Source: Utricularia gibba (taxonomy: Eukaryota > Plantae > Magnoliophyta). Taken from it: a stretch of 64,000 bases of DNA. Both the position numbers and the translations under genes were made by a program. Location: contig NEEC01000008.1 in assembly GCA_002189035.1 (NCBI GenBank), positions 3,286,001 to 3,350,000 of the forward strand, given 5' to 3'. A model generated the notes under the pieces. That model did not search any database. It worked only from the letters and a program-made list of their open reading frames with translations, and had not been told where the DNA came from. Positions 26,301-38,117 of the stretch are shown here, one piece after another (positions within the stretch are counted from its first letter, which is position 1; each line of letters opens with the position of its first letter).

Positions 26301-28706
26301 ATTTTTCAGGCCTTTCTTTTTTCCTGAACTATGTGTTTTTGTTTTTTGCGCTTTTATGATATTCCCTTTGAGCTTCTCATGTGCAAATCTTTGACCGTGA
26401 AATGGTATTATAAACTGGCCTTGTTATATTGCTTCTCCTTGTCTTGAGTGATGTACTGTTTTCAATTAGTTCATAAGACACAAATCATGTATCTGAATGA
26501 CAAACTAGCTTGTTGCGTGACTTTCAACCTTCATGTGCCTTACCCAAATCTATTTCCTGTAATGGTTCATTAGGAAAATTGTGCATAGATTTTTACGTGC
26601 TGGGCGTTTTCCAGGTTATAGGTCTTGTGTGTTAAGTGCAATGCTTGCATAGTCTTGTTTATTGTACTTCTTAATACATCTAGTCTTTAGTTACATTTAG
26701 GTTCACCTCTTTAATAACATCTCTTCCTTCTCTTCTTTACAGACAGTGGATCAATTCTTTGCTCTTAATGTTCCAGTTAGGCCCGGGGAGCTAAGTAGTC
26801 TGTTTAATGGCATCGATAATGCATTCAAAGTATATGTAAAGAATGTTGTTAGCAGCCTGGGTACTCTTTTCATTACCTACATAAATTTATCATCTTGCTT
26901 TATTCATATATATCATCAAGGGATTGTGAATCACTCGAGGAGGATTATCCATTTAGCATCGTGTAACTGGATTGTTTCCTTTAGGACAGTTGGTTTGGTT
27001 TTTTTGGTAATCAAGTTTTTTGCTCTGCAGCTGACAAGCAGGATTTAGTCCCCCCAGTCCCCACCCTGACTAGATACAGGAAAGAAAGTTCAATCAAAGC
27101 CTTTGTGAAGAAGGAATTAGTTGATGCTAAACTGTCCGAGGTTAAGAAGTCAAGGGATATCAATGTTGTGACCACCCCAACCCTCTGCGTTCAACTAAAT
27201 TCTCTTTATGTGAGTTAAGACTGTTGTTGTGCCATGCTTTCTTTCAACTTTTTGCCAAAAGTACTGCCCATTTTGCTGTGCCTTGTTGTTTTACCTCATT
27301 GCCCTTGTTTATGGTCTTATAATCGATAGTATTCATTGATTTGAATTGACTTTAAAACAGTATGCAATTAGCCACCTGAAGAATTTAGAAGATAGCATTT
27401 GGGAGCGTTGGTCTACAATGCGTGGTTTATCGGGTGGTACGTGATGATTTTTTAAAAATATTAACTCATAGTTCACCTGTCTTCAGGCTAGTTCTTTATT
27501 TATTATTTTTCATTATGTATTATCATTTCCTAGTTCACTTTCAATCTAGTGAACAGATGAAGTCACTTATATTTAAAATTGAGTTTCTATACTTTCTTTT
27601 CTGCAGATAGAAATATGGAGGATAAATCTAGGAAGTCTACTCACAAGGACAGTTTTGATGGGAGTAGAAAAGAAATTAATGCAGCTATTGATCGATTCTG
27701 TGAATTTGCTGGTATGTCTTGTTGAAAATTTTGTCTTCACTTTTTTTATCAGAACGTTAACTCTTATATATTCATAGGAATTAAAACAATTTTTTGGGAT
27801 TTAAGAGAGGCATTCATTGATGGCCTTTACAAGCCCACTGCTGCCAGTTCTAGGTTGGAGTCCATCATTGAGCCGCTTGATTTGGTATGTAATGATCCAT
27901 TGGTGATTTCATAACTCTTATGTTTCTGAAAGTTTAGTTGGCCGATCTCTATGAACTTTATTTCATGATAGAACTTCACATGGGAGTATACGCAAATCCA
28001 ATTAATATGAAATGATTTACCTGTTCTCTCGATGTATGTAGGCGCTCAATCAGTTATGTGATTACATATTGGAGCCTCTTCGTGACCGTGTCGTAACAGG
28101 GCTCCTTCAAGCATCCCTGGTTTCCTTCCTAGCACATATTCTCTCTTTTTTTTTTTTTCATTTGGCACACAGCCTCTTTAATAATGTTGCTTCTTTGTCA
28201 TTTAGGATGGCCTAATGCGTGTCATATTAGACGGCGGCCCATCCCGACAGTTCACCCTGGGGGATGCTAAATTGCTGGAAGAAGACTTGGAAGTCTTAAA
28301 GGTACGCCATGGGAGCCAATGCTCTTCCTTTTGTCAGCCTACTTCATTGTCAAAACATGCCTGGTTTTGCAGGAATTCTTCATCTCTGGAGGAGACGGGC
28401 TTCCCCGTGGTGTTGTGGAAAACCATTTGGCACATATGCGACATGTTGTGAAGCTCCACAGCTATGAGGTCAGTGTCCCATTCTCCTCTATAGAGCTTGT
28501 GTTTGTGGATGGATTTCTTGAGCACCTGGTTGCAGACTCGGGACCTGATCGAAGACCTGCGATCCGCAAGCGAGATGGAGTTGCAAGGAGGGAGAAGCAG
28601 ACTCGGAGCCGACGCGAAGACCCTCATCCGGATCCTCTGCCACCGTAGTGACCCGGACGCTTCCCAGTTCCTCAAGAAGCAATACAAAATCCCGTCCACA
28701 GCTTGA
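20334..28706 (+). CDS. PATROL1: PATROL1 / Munc13-like (DUF810) tethering factor, multi-exon
   Basis: MDE|ESEVEFLQRYRRDRRVLLDFILSGSLIKKVVMPPGAVSLDDVDLDQVSVDYVLNCAKKG; GITDDDLRETAYEILL; RPARGDLTGEICHWADGY; ends ASQFLKKQYKIPSTA*; traced exons join in frame. Confidence 0.94.
22791..23170. mobile_element. Degenerate Tourist/PIF-Harbinger-like MITE in a PATROL1 intron
   Basis: TGTTTGGTAG (22791-22800) and CTACCAAACA (23153-23162) form a perfect 10-bp inverted repeat. Right end CCAAACATGCCC is followed by TAA; AT-rich non-coding interior; left outer TIR eroded. Confidence 0.4.
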
Positions 28707-29202
28707 GTGTCCATCGCAGCAGGCACCCTATTGTTCTTCTGTGCTCCGCAGAACACGGGAGGAGGATCCCCTCATGTTGCTCATTTCGTTCCTTATTTAT
28801 GGGTTCTTTTTTTTTTTTTTTTAGTTTATGGAAAAATTACATTGATATTTTTCATTAAAATTTTAATTCAAATGTGTAATTTTTCAATTCAATTTTAATT
28901 CTGATTTATATGTTTTATATTTGTTATATCAATTCTTAGTTGGGAAAATCACTCCAGAATTCTCATTATACTTCCAAATTATTTTTTACTAATTTACCCT
29001 TTTAGTAGTATAACATACGACTGCTGATCCTGAGGAGGGCACTGAGGCGAGCTCTAGATAGGGTGATCGGCGACAGCGGAAACCCTAGTACCCGGGGGCG
29101 AAGACTTACACGGCTACTCTTGTTCTCGATTTCTTTTACCATTTGATATCGGTTTCTCTGCAAACTTCGTGCTCAATTTGTACGCCTCTTGAACGGATTT
29201 TC

Positions 29203-30313
29203 ATGGAAGCTTTCTCGAGGCCGCTTATGAATTTTTCAGGTTTGGTCTGGGTTTTACTGCATTACGAAGTTTGTTGATGTGCGTAGTTTTTCTTGACCCA
29301 CTTCGTGAAGTATTGAGCTGTGTATAGGTCCTTGTCGCATGGTTGCTGATTCCGAGTGTCTCAGTAAGCAACGCTGTCTCCATTACCATGCGAAGTGCCA
29401 ATCCATTAGGTTTCTCGCTCAAGCTTCCGTAGATTCAAGATGGGTGAGTTGTTGGTTTTTGTACCAGATATATTTTTGATTCTTCTAATGGGTTTCTGCC
29501 TGCTAGGTTTGCAGATTGGGACTCTCCAGAACCTATCTTTCGCTTCTCGACGATCGAGCACGAGCAAGGTCTTGTTTGCTGGGAGAAGCCCTCATCTAAA
29601 TTATAATGACGATCCTGGTTGGGTGAATCTTGCAAGAGATTTCTCTTGGTAAGAAATTTTAAGGCGATTCATTATACAGTTGGGCAAACTTTGTTCATAG
29701 GATGTGACTAGAACATGATGTTATGTAGGAATCCTCGAAGTTTAGTTCAGTTTCTGATCGAACAACCAGGCCAGCTAAAGTACATTGAGTGGCCTAGTCT
29801 TCTTAGCACGGTTAGTATATCTTGATTTATAGTACTTCGCAGCATCCTTTCCCATGTTTCTACTTCTCTGGAGTTACACATTGAGAATTAGTTCATACAC
29901 AATGTACATTTTCCGAAAATCACAGAGGAATAGGTGATGCTTGTTCAGTTCTCTGGTTCTCCTTGGTAGGATTTCTAGGTCATCTAAGTTTTGCTTTTCT
30001 GTACTTGTGGTGCTTTGAGTAAATTTCTAATGTATTTGATGATGCTTATAAAAAAAATTCACAGCTACAAAATGTAGACACGACTTATGGAATTGAACTC
30101 ATCAATAATCCATTTCAAGTGATTGAGAATGGGGATGTTGTCTGGTTTAACTGTCCTTTGATTCCACTGCATAACTTATTTTTTCTGTCTTTCCATCAGG
30201 TGAAAACTGCAGCCTTAACCCTCGTGCTGGTTGCCTTATTCATTGTTGCACTTGCATCTGTGGATTCCGCATTGTCCTATCTCCTGGCTTTGTTTCTTAG
30301 AAGAAAGGCATGA
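29203..30313 (+). CDS. SECE2: Plastid inner-envelope SEC2 translocase subunit SECE2-like, 5 exons
   Basis: Reconstructed about 160 aa: transit-like N-terminus, then DFSW|NPRSLVQFLIEQPGQLKYIEWPSLLST|VKTAALTLVLVALFIVALASVDSALSYLLALFLRRKA*; SecE-type EWP motif plus one TM helix. Confidence 0.75.
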
Positions 30314-30489
30314 GTTCCCCAGCAAGAACGAGATGCTCTCCTATTTGATCTGAGTTGCACTTCATGGCATTCCTTCCCTAGATCCTCATTGCACATCACA
30401 GCATGTCGAGGTACCCAATATCGAGCTTATCATGTTGCATGAGATTAAATCACATACCAAGCTATGTCTAAATATACATGATAGGTGCA

Positions 30490-31405
30490 TTACAGAGTTC
30501 CTTCAATTGGTTCAGTCATGGTAGGACCATTGACAACCGTGAGAAGCGCCAAGGACTTTCTCTTCCCCTTCTCACTGCCGTTATGCACAACCTCAAAGAG
30601 CCCATCTAGCGCCCTCCCTTCCACTCCATCCCTAACCTCCTTCGCAGCCTCTTCTCCGCCAAATCGAGCCAGGTTCAGCAATGCAGAAACGGAGTTTTCC
30701 TTAGTTCTGTAGGTCGAGATTGAGGAATTATCCAGGAAACCGATCAGCATTTCGACTGCCCGAGCTGTCTTGAACATTTCCCAGCTTTCTTGCCACGCAG
30801 CAAGCTGGGCTATAACCGCCGTCGCATCCTCTATCAATCCGGTGCTGTGATTCTTCTTCACGAGGTTAACCAGAATTTGCACTGATCCGAGCTCCAACAA
30901 CTGAGCTCGGTTCAATGGGCGCTAACCCGAAAAGCGCGCTCAGGGCGTCTTTAATGGATCTGGAGTGTGATCTCTGGTTCTTAACAATCTCCAGGAGGCC
31001 GAATACGATGTCCCTCTTGTCGCCGATGATGGGGCGTAATGATTCCGAGCTCAGAAGACTGAAAATGGCGGCGGCGGCGCACTGCTCCGCCGTCGGTGAT
31101 GCGGGGTTGCGGAGAGCGTGGGAGATGGCGTCGAGGACGCCATGCGTCGACATGATGTGGTCCTTGGACGTAATTGAGATGTTTACGAGAGTGGCGGCGG
31201 CGTTTTCTTGGACGACAGTGACCGGAGAGTAGAGCGCTTCGGCGATCAACGGAACAGCGTGGGCTTCGGCAATCAATCGCCGGGAGTCCGCATCGTTCTT
31301 AGAGAGAATCCGTAGCTCGCAAAGCGCGTCCGTACGCTTCTGTTCGGAGACGGAGCTGAGTTTCCGGACTAAAGCTTCCACTGATCCCCTTTTCTCCTCG
31401 TCCAT
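30490..31405 (-). pseudogene. Intronless ARM-repeat protein (U-box-less, At1g08315-like) with a frameshift at about 30919
   Basis: ORF 31405-30866 (ALCELRILSK...QENAAATLVNIS...SIKDALSALFGLA) and ORF 30915-30490 (PLNRAQLLELG...KENSVSALLNLARFGG) are one protein in two frames; junction reads GCG C CCA TTG. Confidence 0.7.
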
Positions 31406-31819
31406 CGCCGATCAAGTTTCAGATATCATAAAAAGCAAAGCTTCAAAGCTTAGAAGTCAAACAATCAAAACGAAAACGCCGACGGAACACTAAGCTTATC
31501 GTGCAAAACATGGAATATCCCCCATTTTTTATATGCTTTATTTTTTAATTTTTTGAGTTAAAAATTAAAATTAATTATAAATTGTTTCTTTTTTCTAAAT
31601 TGATTTTTCGTCAACTATATTTATATTCATGATTGAGATTGTCGTTTTTATGTGTAATTCCTTTTTTCACCCCTCCTAAACAACATAATTGGGTTCCATG
31701 TACATCTTGGGGGATGTTTGTGTAAAATGCAAATCATTTGGGGGTAGTGGTTAATCTTGAAGAATTCAAGGACCAAAGAGTAAATACAATAAATCTATAA
31801 TCACACAGCAAAATAAAGA

Positions 31820-31827
31820 AAACCCTA
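31820..31827 (+). promoter_or_regulatory. Telo-box upstream of eEF1B
   Basis: AAACCCTA about 80 bp before the ATG of a translation-factor gene. Confidence 0.6.
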
Positions 31828-31902
31828 GCCCTTGCCGCTTCCGTTGTCCAGCTGCTCTTTCCCCTCAGGCGCTTCCCCTTCTTTTGGCGTAAGTTGTTTT
31901 CC

Positions 31903-33463
31903 ATGGCCGTCGCTTTTCACGAACTCAGCTCCGCAGCGGGCCTTAAGAAGCTTGATGAGTATCTGTTGACGCGCAGTTACATCACTGGGTGAGATTGTTG
32001 TCTTAGTAGAGTAAGACTGATGTATTTGGTATCGGAGTATGTTTTAACCAATGGTGGCGGACTTCGGTAGGGAATTTCGGCACATGAAAGAAATTTAAAT
32101 CTTGGTTTCGGAAACTTGCCAGAAGTGTATATGCATTTTAATGGATCTCGTGGGTTTATTGGGTGTCTTTGTGTGGGCATAAAATTTGGTGCATACAGAA
32201 TGTTTTTTTTTTTATTTGTGTCTGAAAATGGGGCGTTAATTGTTTTGCGTTTTCAGGTATGAAGCTTCAAAGGATGATCTCATCGTCCATGGTGCACTCG
32301 CAAAACCTCCATCTTCTGAGCTTGTGAATGTGTCACGGTGGTATAACCACATTGAAGCGCTTCTGAGGATCTCGTATGTTTTGGCATCTTGTAATGTTGA
32401 ATCCACTCTATGTTGTCTGGATGCTGATTTTCTTTGATATTTTGGTGTGTCGCTGCAGTGGCGTTTCTGGTGAAGGAAGTGGTGTAATCATTGGAGTAGC
32501 CCCAGTTGCCACCCCTCCCATTGCTGACACTAAGGCAAGATTGGGGTGTAAAAATTATTCACTTTTATTTCTTATGATGTGATATTTAGACAAATTTAGC
32601 CCCCTGAACAACTCTCCAAAATTTATTTGGTTGTGGTTGTATTGTCACGCTGTTCTCGTTTGAATTTTTGAACTTTATGGATCATATGCACGTGCCTAAT
32701 TTATATGGCAAATGTGCGTTTTAGGCCTCCGGTGCAGATGATGATGATGATGACGATGATGTGGATTTGTTTGGTGAGGAGACTGAGGAAGAGAAAAAGG
32801 CTGCTGAAGAACGTGCTGCTGCTGTAAAGGCTTCTGCAAAGAAGAAGGAATGTGAGTTTCACTTAAATGTTTGCAGACGATAAGACCTAAATATGGCCTA
32901 AAATTTCCCTCACATCGAACTTGTGTTGGTGATTTTGTTTCCTTTGCATATCAGCTGGAAAATCATCTGTCCTTATGGATGTCAAACCTTGGGATGATGA
33001 AACTGACATGAAAAAGCTCGAGGAAGCAGTCCGAAGTGTGCAGATGGAAGGCCTCCATTGGGGAGCATGTAAGCTTGCCCTCCCCTTATCAGCACCACAC
33101 TTTATTCATCTAATCGTCATGCAATTCCATGCACTTTATGAGCATGCTGAAAGTGCAATAATCATTTGTTTCAGTTTTTTCATGATAAGCTCTGTTTGGT
33201 GTTTGTCTCTTCAGCAAAACTGGTCCCAGTTGGGTATGGCATCAAGAAGCTTCAGATTATGATCACCATCGTGGACGATCTGGTCTCTGTTGACACCCTC
33301 ATTGAGGAGCACCTCACCGTTGAACCCATCAATGAGTATGTCCAGAGCGTTGACATCGTCGCATTCAACAAAATATGTGAGTTTTGGACACCGATTCTGA
33401 GCACCAATCATGAATCATATGCTTTTCACACATCGGGTAATGGAGGGTGTTTTTTCTGCAGAA
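31903..33463 (+). CDS. EEF1B: Elongation factor 1B (EF-1-delta / eEF1B-beta type)
   Basis: [29 protein letters not shown]..., acidic [47 protein letters not shown]; stop codon split T|AA by the last intron. Confidence 0.95.
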
Positions 33464-33963
33464 TCCCCCAGGATGCGCGTCGTTGGGAAGAAGGGAATAT
33501 TGCAGCATTGTTCTTATGTTTTGGTTTGTGTTTGGAGTTCATGCTTTGGAATAGCAACCCCATTTTCTGCTATGGGCTGGATGTGAGCCTTTTTTCTTCA
33601 TGAGACTTGAAATAACCCAATAGAAGTTCAATTTATGAACTCCAGGTTTCATCCAGTTACAACATATACATGCTGCAAAAGCACTTGCAACACGATCCCC
33701 TTGAGCATTTTCCAAGACAGTCATTTTGTTACTTGAAAAGCTTCAGCAAGCATCAAGCTTCAGTTGATATCAACTTGAGTGAATGGGAATGTTGAGATGT
33801 TGATCTTGAGCAGTATGTTGATGGGCAAGCAGAAAATCCAACACTGGGTTAACAGAGAGTTCATCACAGGGGAAAAGAAATCAACTGAAAGAGAGACAGG
33901 TAGGGTTGCTCTAGAAGACGCTTTAATCCTAGATGAGGCAGGTACCTGAAGACGGAGTCACAA

Positions 33964-34611
33964 TTATCCTTCGAGTTTGCCTCCGGTACTGGCAGGATCA
34001 CCGCCGCCTGCGTAGGAATCATCCGCTGGTGCTGTCTGCCACACAGTTTGCCACGGCTGTGGCGGCACCGGAGCTCCGGCCTGAGCATAAACAGTTGGAT
34101 CGAACGCAGGCTGCCCCATCGCTGGCTGCCCCATAGGAGGATAATAGTAAGGAATACCAGTAACCCCAGCCGAATCGCCTTGCGGAGACAGAATGCCGCC
34201 TACATCGTCGTTGATCTCATCTCGCGGTACAAGATCGACGAGAAAATCAAATATATCCGTGCGAGTAATCGCCGCGACGATGTCACTTTTCTGGAGCGTC
34301 CGCCGCTTTTTCTCCTCCGCATGGAGCCAGGAGCGAATGGTGAGTTCCAGAATAAACAACTCACAGGCTTTCTCGAAGAGAATCGGCGCCTCCGCGGATA
34401 TCATACGCACATCTTCATCTGCTTTCATGATTTTCTTAATCCGAGCCAATGGCAGCTGATGATTCTTGAAATCGTTCACCTTCTCGATCTCCTGTCGCTG
34501 GTACGCCCAGAATACCTGGAGCTGTTGCTGCTGCTGCTGCTGGAGAAGATGTTGGTACGGCGGCGGATACGCCGCGGCGGCAGCGCTTTGCGGCTGGGGA
34601 TTGTTTTCCAT
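33964..34611 (-). CDS. NF-YC: Nuclear factor Y subunit C (NF-YC1/4-like), intronless CDS
   Basis: Histone fold [26 protein letters not shown]...ELTIRSW...[11 protein letters not shown]; poly-Q N-terminus. Confidence 0.95.
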   Translation of the reverse strand: MENNPQPQSAAAAAYPPPYQHLLQQQQQQQLQVFWAYQRQEIEKVNDFKNHQLPLARIKKIMKADEDVRMISAEAPILFEKACELFILELTIRSWLHAEEKKRRTLQKSDIVAAITRTDIFDFLVDLVPRDEINDDVGGILSPQGDSAGVTGIPYYYPPMGQPAMGQPAFDPTVYAQAGAPVPPQPWQTVWQTAPADDSYAGGGDPASTGGKLEG

Positions 34612-35590
34612 GCTGGCGAACAAACAACTCGCCGGGAAAACCGTACTATGATGGAGCGAGCATTGATAATACCAAGCTAGTGTACAACTTAGCATGCGTA
34701 GCGTACCAGTCCTCGATGCAAGTGGAAGTGGAGATGGAAAAAATCCCCGAATTGATCTTATCCAGGCCACTTCAATTTTTTATTTTTAAAAACAAATCTA
34801 AATGTTCGTGGGCCATAGCTCGTGGGACCCAGCACTTGCCCAATCCCATTTTCCTGGTCCAAATGTCGGCCCAGATATTAAATTCACACGGGCCCAACTC
34901 GCCTAACGGCTACATACATACCTACACTCGCATGCTTCCTGCGTACATCCCACGCGCCCCTGGGGATCGACGACGACGTTCCAACAAGCACGCCCCCGGA
35001 GTCTCCAGCATCATTCGCAGGCCTCTGCGCATTTCGCCGCATCTGAGACGGTCTGCGACTCGTCGGCCGGGTTTCCGACGTACGTGCGGGATCGATTGGA
35101 CCTGTGGAAACGATCTTCCCACTGTATGAAGCGTGGCCGCTCCCGGAGCAGGCAAGACCGTGAGAACGGCCCCGAATTGTCAACGCGCTGGACAAATGCC
35201 CGGTTAGGCTTACCGCGACCCAGTCCGAAAATTCGCCGCGGCTCGATCAGTCCCCGGTCTGCCCTTCCCCGAACGGAACCCCAATCAAAAAAAAAAAACC
35301 CGTGTCTCCTACTTTTTTTATCATTTTTTAAAATAAATTATTTATATATATTATTAATTTTAAATAAAATTTTCATTATCCAATTATATCAATTAATTAT
35401 CAAATATATTAATTTTTCATCATTGTTAATTCATAAATTATATTATTTTTTTGTCTCGTAATCTTTCTTGAAATTACGTATTGTTAGTATTTAGTGGCGG
35501 GGACATAAACGGAAATTCACCCACAATCACATTACACGATGGAAAGCAAACGGGCCTTTTTGCCAGCAAAAACGAGCACATCAAGGAACT

Positions 35591-36970
35591 TCAGGCAGCA
35601 GGTTGAGGAGCTTCGAGGAGAACACGAAGGTTTATGTCGCCGTCAGCGGGTTTCTCCGTGACGACTTCCGGGACAGGAGTCGGAGTCGGCTTTGCCATTT
35701 CGACATCGATCGAGCAGTTGTCGACGATGATGGGAAGCTGCGCCACTGGAATGATCTCCACGGCTATGGCGTGGCTGCCCCCATCTTCAGAACATCGAGT
35801 ATCTGCTCAGGCAATTCAGGCATCTTTTGCTCCTCAAACGCCTGGTTCTCGACATCTGAAGCCTTCCCTTGTTCCACAACTTTCTTGCCCTTTCTGTACA
35901 TGAAGTACAGCACCATTTGCACAACTCCAAACCCGAATCCCAAAACATTAGGAATCTGCATCAAACATTATCATCTTCACAGTTTCAGAATGCACTTCTG
36001 AGTCGTGGTTCAAAAGTTCAAAGACTTACAGCAATGTTGTAGTCCTTGAGCAGTAGGCCGTAGAAGAACCACATGACAGCGCCGAGTGTGAGGAACAGCG
36101 ACGGCAGAAACGGCATGTACTCCACGCTCTTGGTTCGTATAACCTTTCCCTGAGGATGACAAGCACTCATCGTCTCCGGGGTGCAAAAAAAGATAACTTT
36201 TTTCAAAATTTTCAGTGAGACCGAAGCACTTACGACGACGCATAGCGGCGCAACGAAGACTGTCAAGGAGAAGACGAGGCAAATCCATCCCACGACTTTT
36301 GCTCGGTGGGAGGTTTTCACCCAGAAATGGGTGAGCAAGACAATGATCGCAAGGCCGACCACGTTCAGCATGAGTAGCAACTTGGCTGTTCTCAGCTGTT
36401 CATTATATCATGAATCAGAGCAGCTTACTTCCTCAACGTGTGTAACAGAAAGTGAAAATGGGCGTACTCGATCGGCTTTGGGAGCGAAGAAGATGAAGAA
36501 TCCGAGGTACAGCGACATGATGAAGCAACCGAACGAGTTGATGGTGATGAGGAGTGTCGTATCCGTTTTCAGAAAGGCGTAGTGGATCCACATCATGGCG
36601 CTGAACAGCCCCACAATGTAGGGCACGCATTGGAACCCTTGGGATGATTTTCTCTTGTAGATGGTGTAGAATGTCGGGCTGCACAAACCATGGCGCAGAT
36701 GAACCACATAAAAGAGTTAATTCAGGTTAAAAAACCATGTTGAAACTCGAGATCTAGTGGAGAGTTGAGTAAATCAGACTCCAACTCAACAATAAAAGGT
36801 GATTAGAACTCACATTGGAGCGAGGAAAACCATGAAGGAGATGACATTCCCTGCACAGATCCAACAGCAGACAACTTCTCTTAGTCTCATGCATAACATG
36901 ACAACCTAAGAAAGATGGCGATGAAGTAGTTAGTACCTAGAAGGCCAAACACAAAAGCCAACTGATTCAT
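35591..36970 (-). CDS. SWEET: Clade III SWEET sugar transporter (SWEET10-like), 6 exons; frame break at 35778-35782 (as written stops at 35764)
   Basis: [46 protein letters not shown]; two MtN3 repeats; canonical 6-exon layout; TATA-like TATATATA at about 37066-37073. Confidence 0.93.
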
Positions 36971-38117
36971 GGCCTCAGGGGGAAGGCAAACTAGGGAGGT
37001 ATCTATCTGCACGCCACCAGAACGAGAGACTGTGAGATGGGCATGTGGTGACACATAGCTCTAGCTATATATAGAGGGGGGAAGAGAGCTGGTTCCATGA
37101 AGCAATTGTTGATAAAACAGTGCTTTATCTTCTTTTCTCCCATTTTCTTACTGAATGAACATGATAACGTTAGGTTTAAACCAGATTACCCGCTTCTTAA
37201 GCATACCAGATTTGCTTTCTTTTATGCCATGTGAAACTTCCATTTCTACTGAACTTTGAAATCTTCTGATCCCTTGTTTTCTTTTCACCTCAGGTGAGGG
37301 ACAAGTGTTGATTCTTGATCTTCTTCTCGTCTATCCCATTCGTGATTCCTCTCAGATGACAAGGTGCGAGACCTTACGTGGTACAGCTGGGACATGCAAG
37401 GTAAAATGCAACGCTTTACAGTTGTTGGGGACTAGTAGCGTGGAGTGGTGAGCCTATCACCATGTCAAAAGCAGCAGAGGTGTGCTTTCATTTCATCTCC
37501 CTTTGCCCCATTTTACCCAATTCGGATACCTCCGCGCCATCGACAAAGCTTCCATCTTGCCCTCGCATTGCTTGTGCTTTCATTGCAAGTCTCAGAGAAC
37601 GAGTGGGGCTCACGTCCGATCTTTCCGACGTGTTGTCCACCACCCGGAAACCTTAGAGGCTTACAGCTCATTGTCTGGATAAAACCCTAGCCCTTACAAG
37701 CCATACATTGGGAGATTGCGGGTGAATGCATCGTGATATTACCCATAAACGGCTTCCCATTTTGCATTTTACCCCATCTACTCCGGCCGCCAGCGCCGGG
37801 AAGTTGCTGAGTCGGAGAAACGCCGGGATTCACACAGTAAGTAGCTAATACACAGTTACCTCTAATCAAAAAGCACCCTTAAAAAAAAGTTTTAATAATA
37901 ATTTCTATTATTATATGCATAAAAAATTCATATTTGTTGGTATTTTTTGCTATAATTTGATTGTAAAAAGAATTTAGACATATTTAATTAAAAATATTAT
38001 ATATGGTAAATATGGTAATATTAAATTATTATATTTCAATTAACTGCGGGGGAGTGGTGACCGGTGGCATGCAATCGCTTGATCGTGTTACCTGTAAAAA
38101 TGGTTTCTTTGTAACCG

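Noticed and set aside
34048-34680. Long overlapping or antisense ORFs (34048-34680, 44093-44581, 16195-16470, 30915-31232 and others)
   Set aside because: Shadow frames of GC3-rich real genes; no independent protein motifs.
37009-37056. uORF upstream of SWEET (MCHHMPISQSLVLVACR)
   Set aside because: Its ATGs lie between the TATA box and the expected TSS, so probably not in the mRNA.
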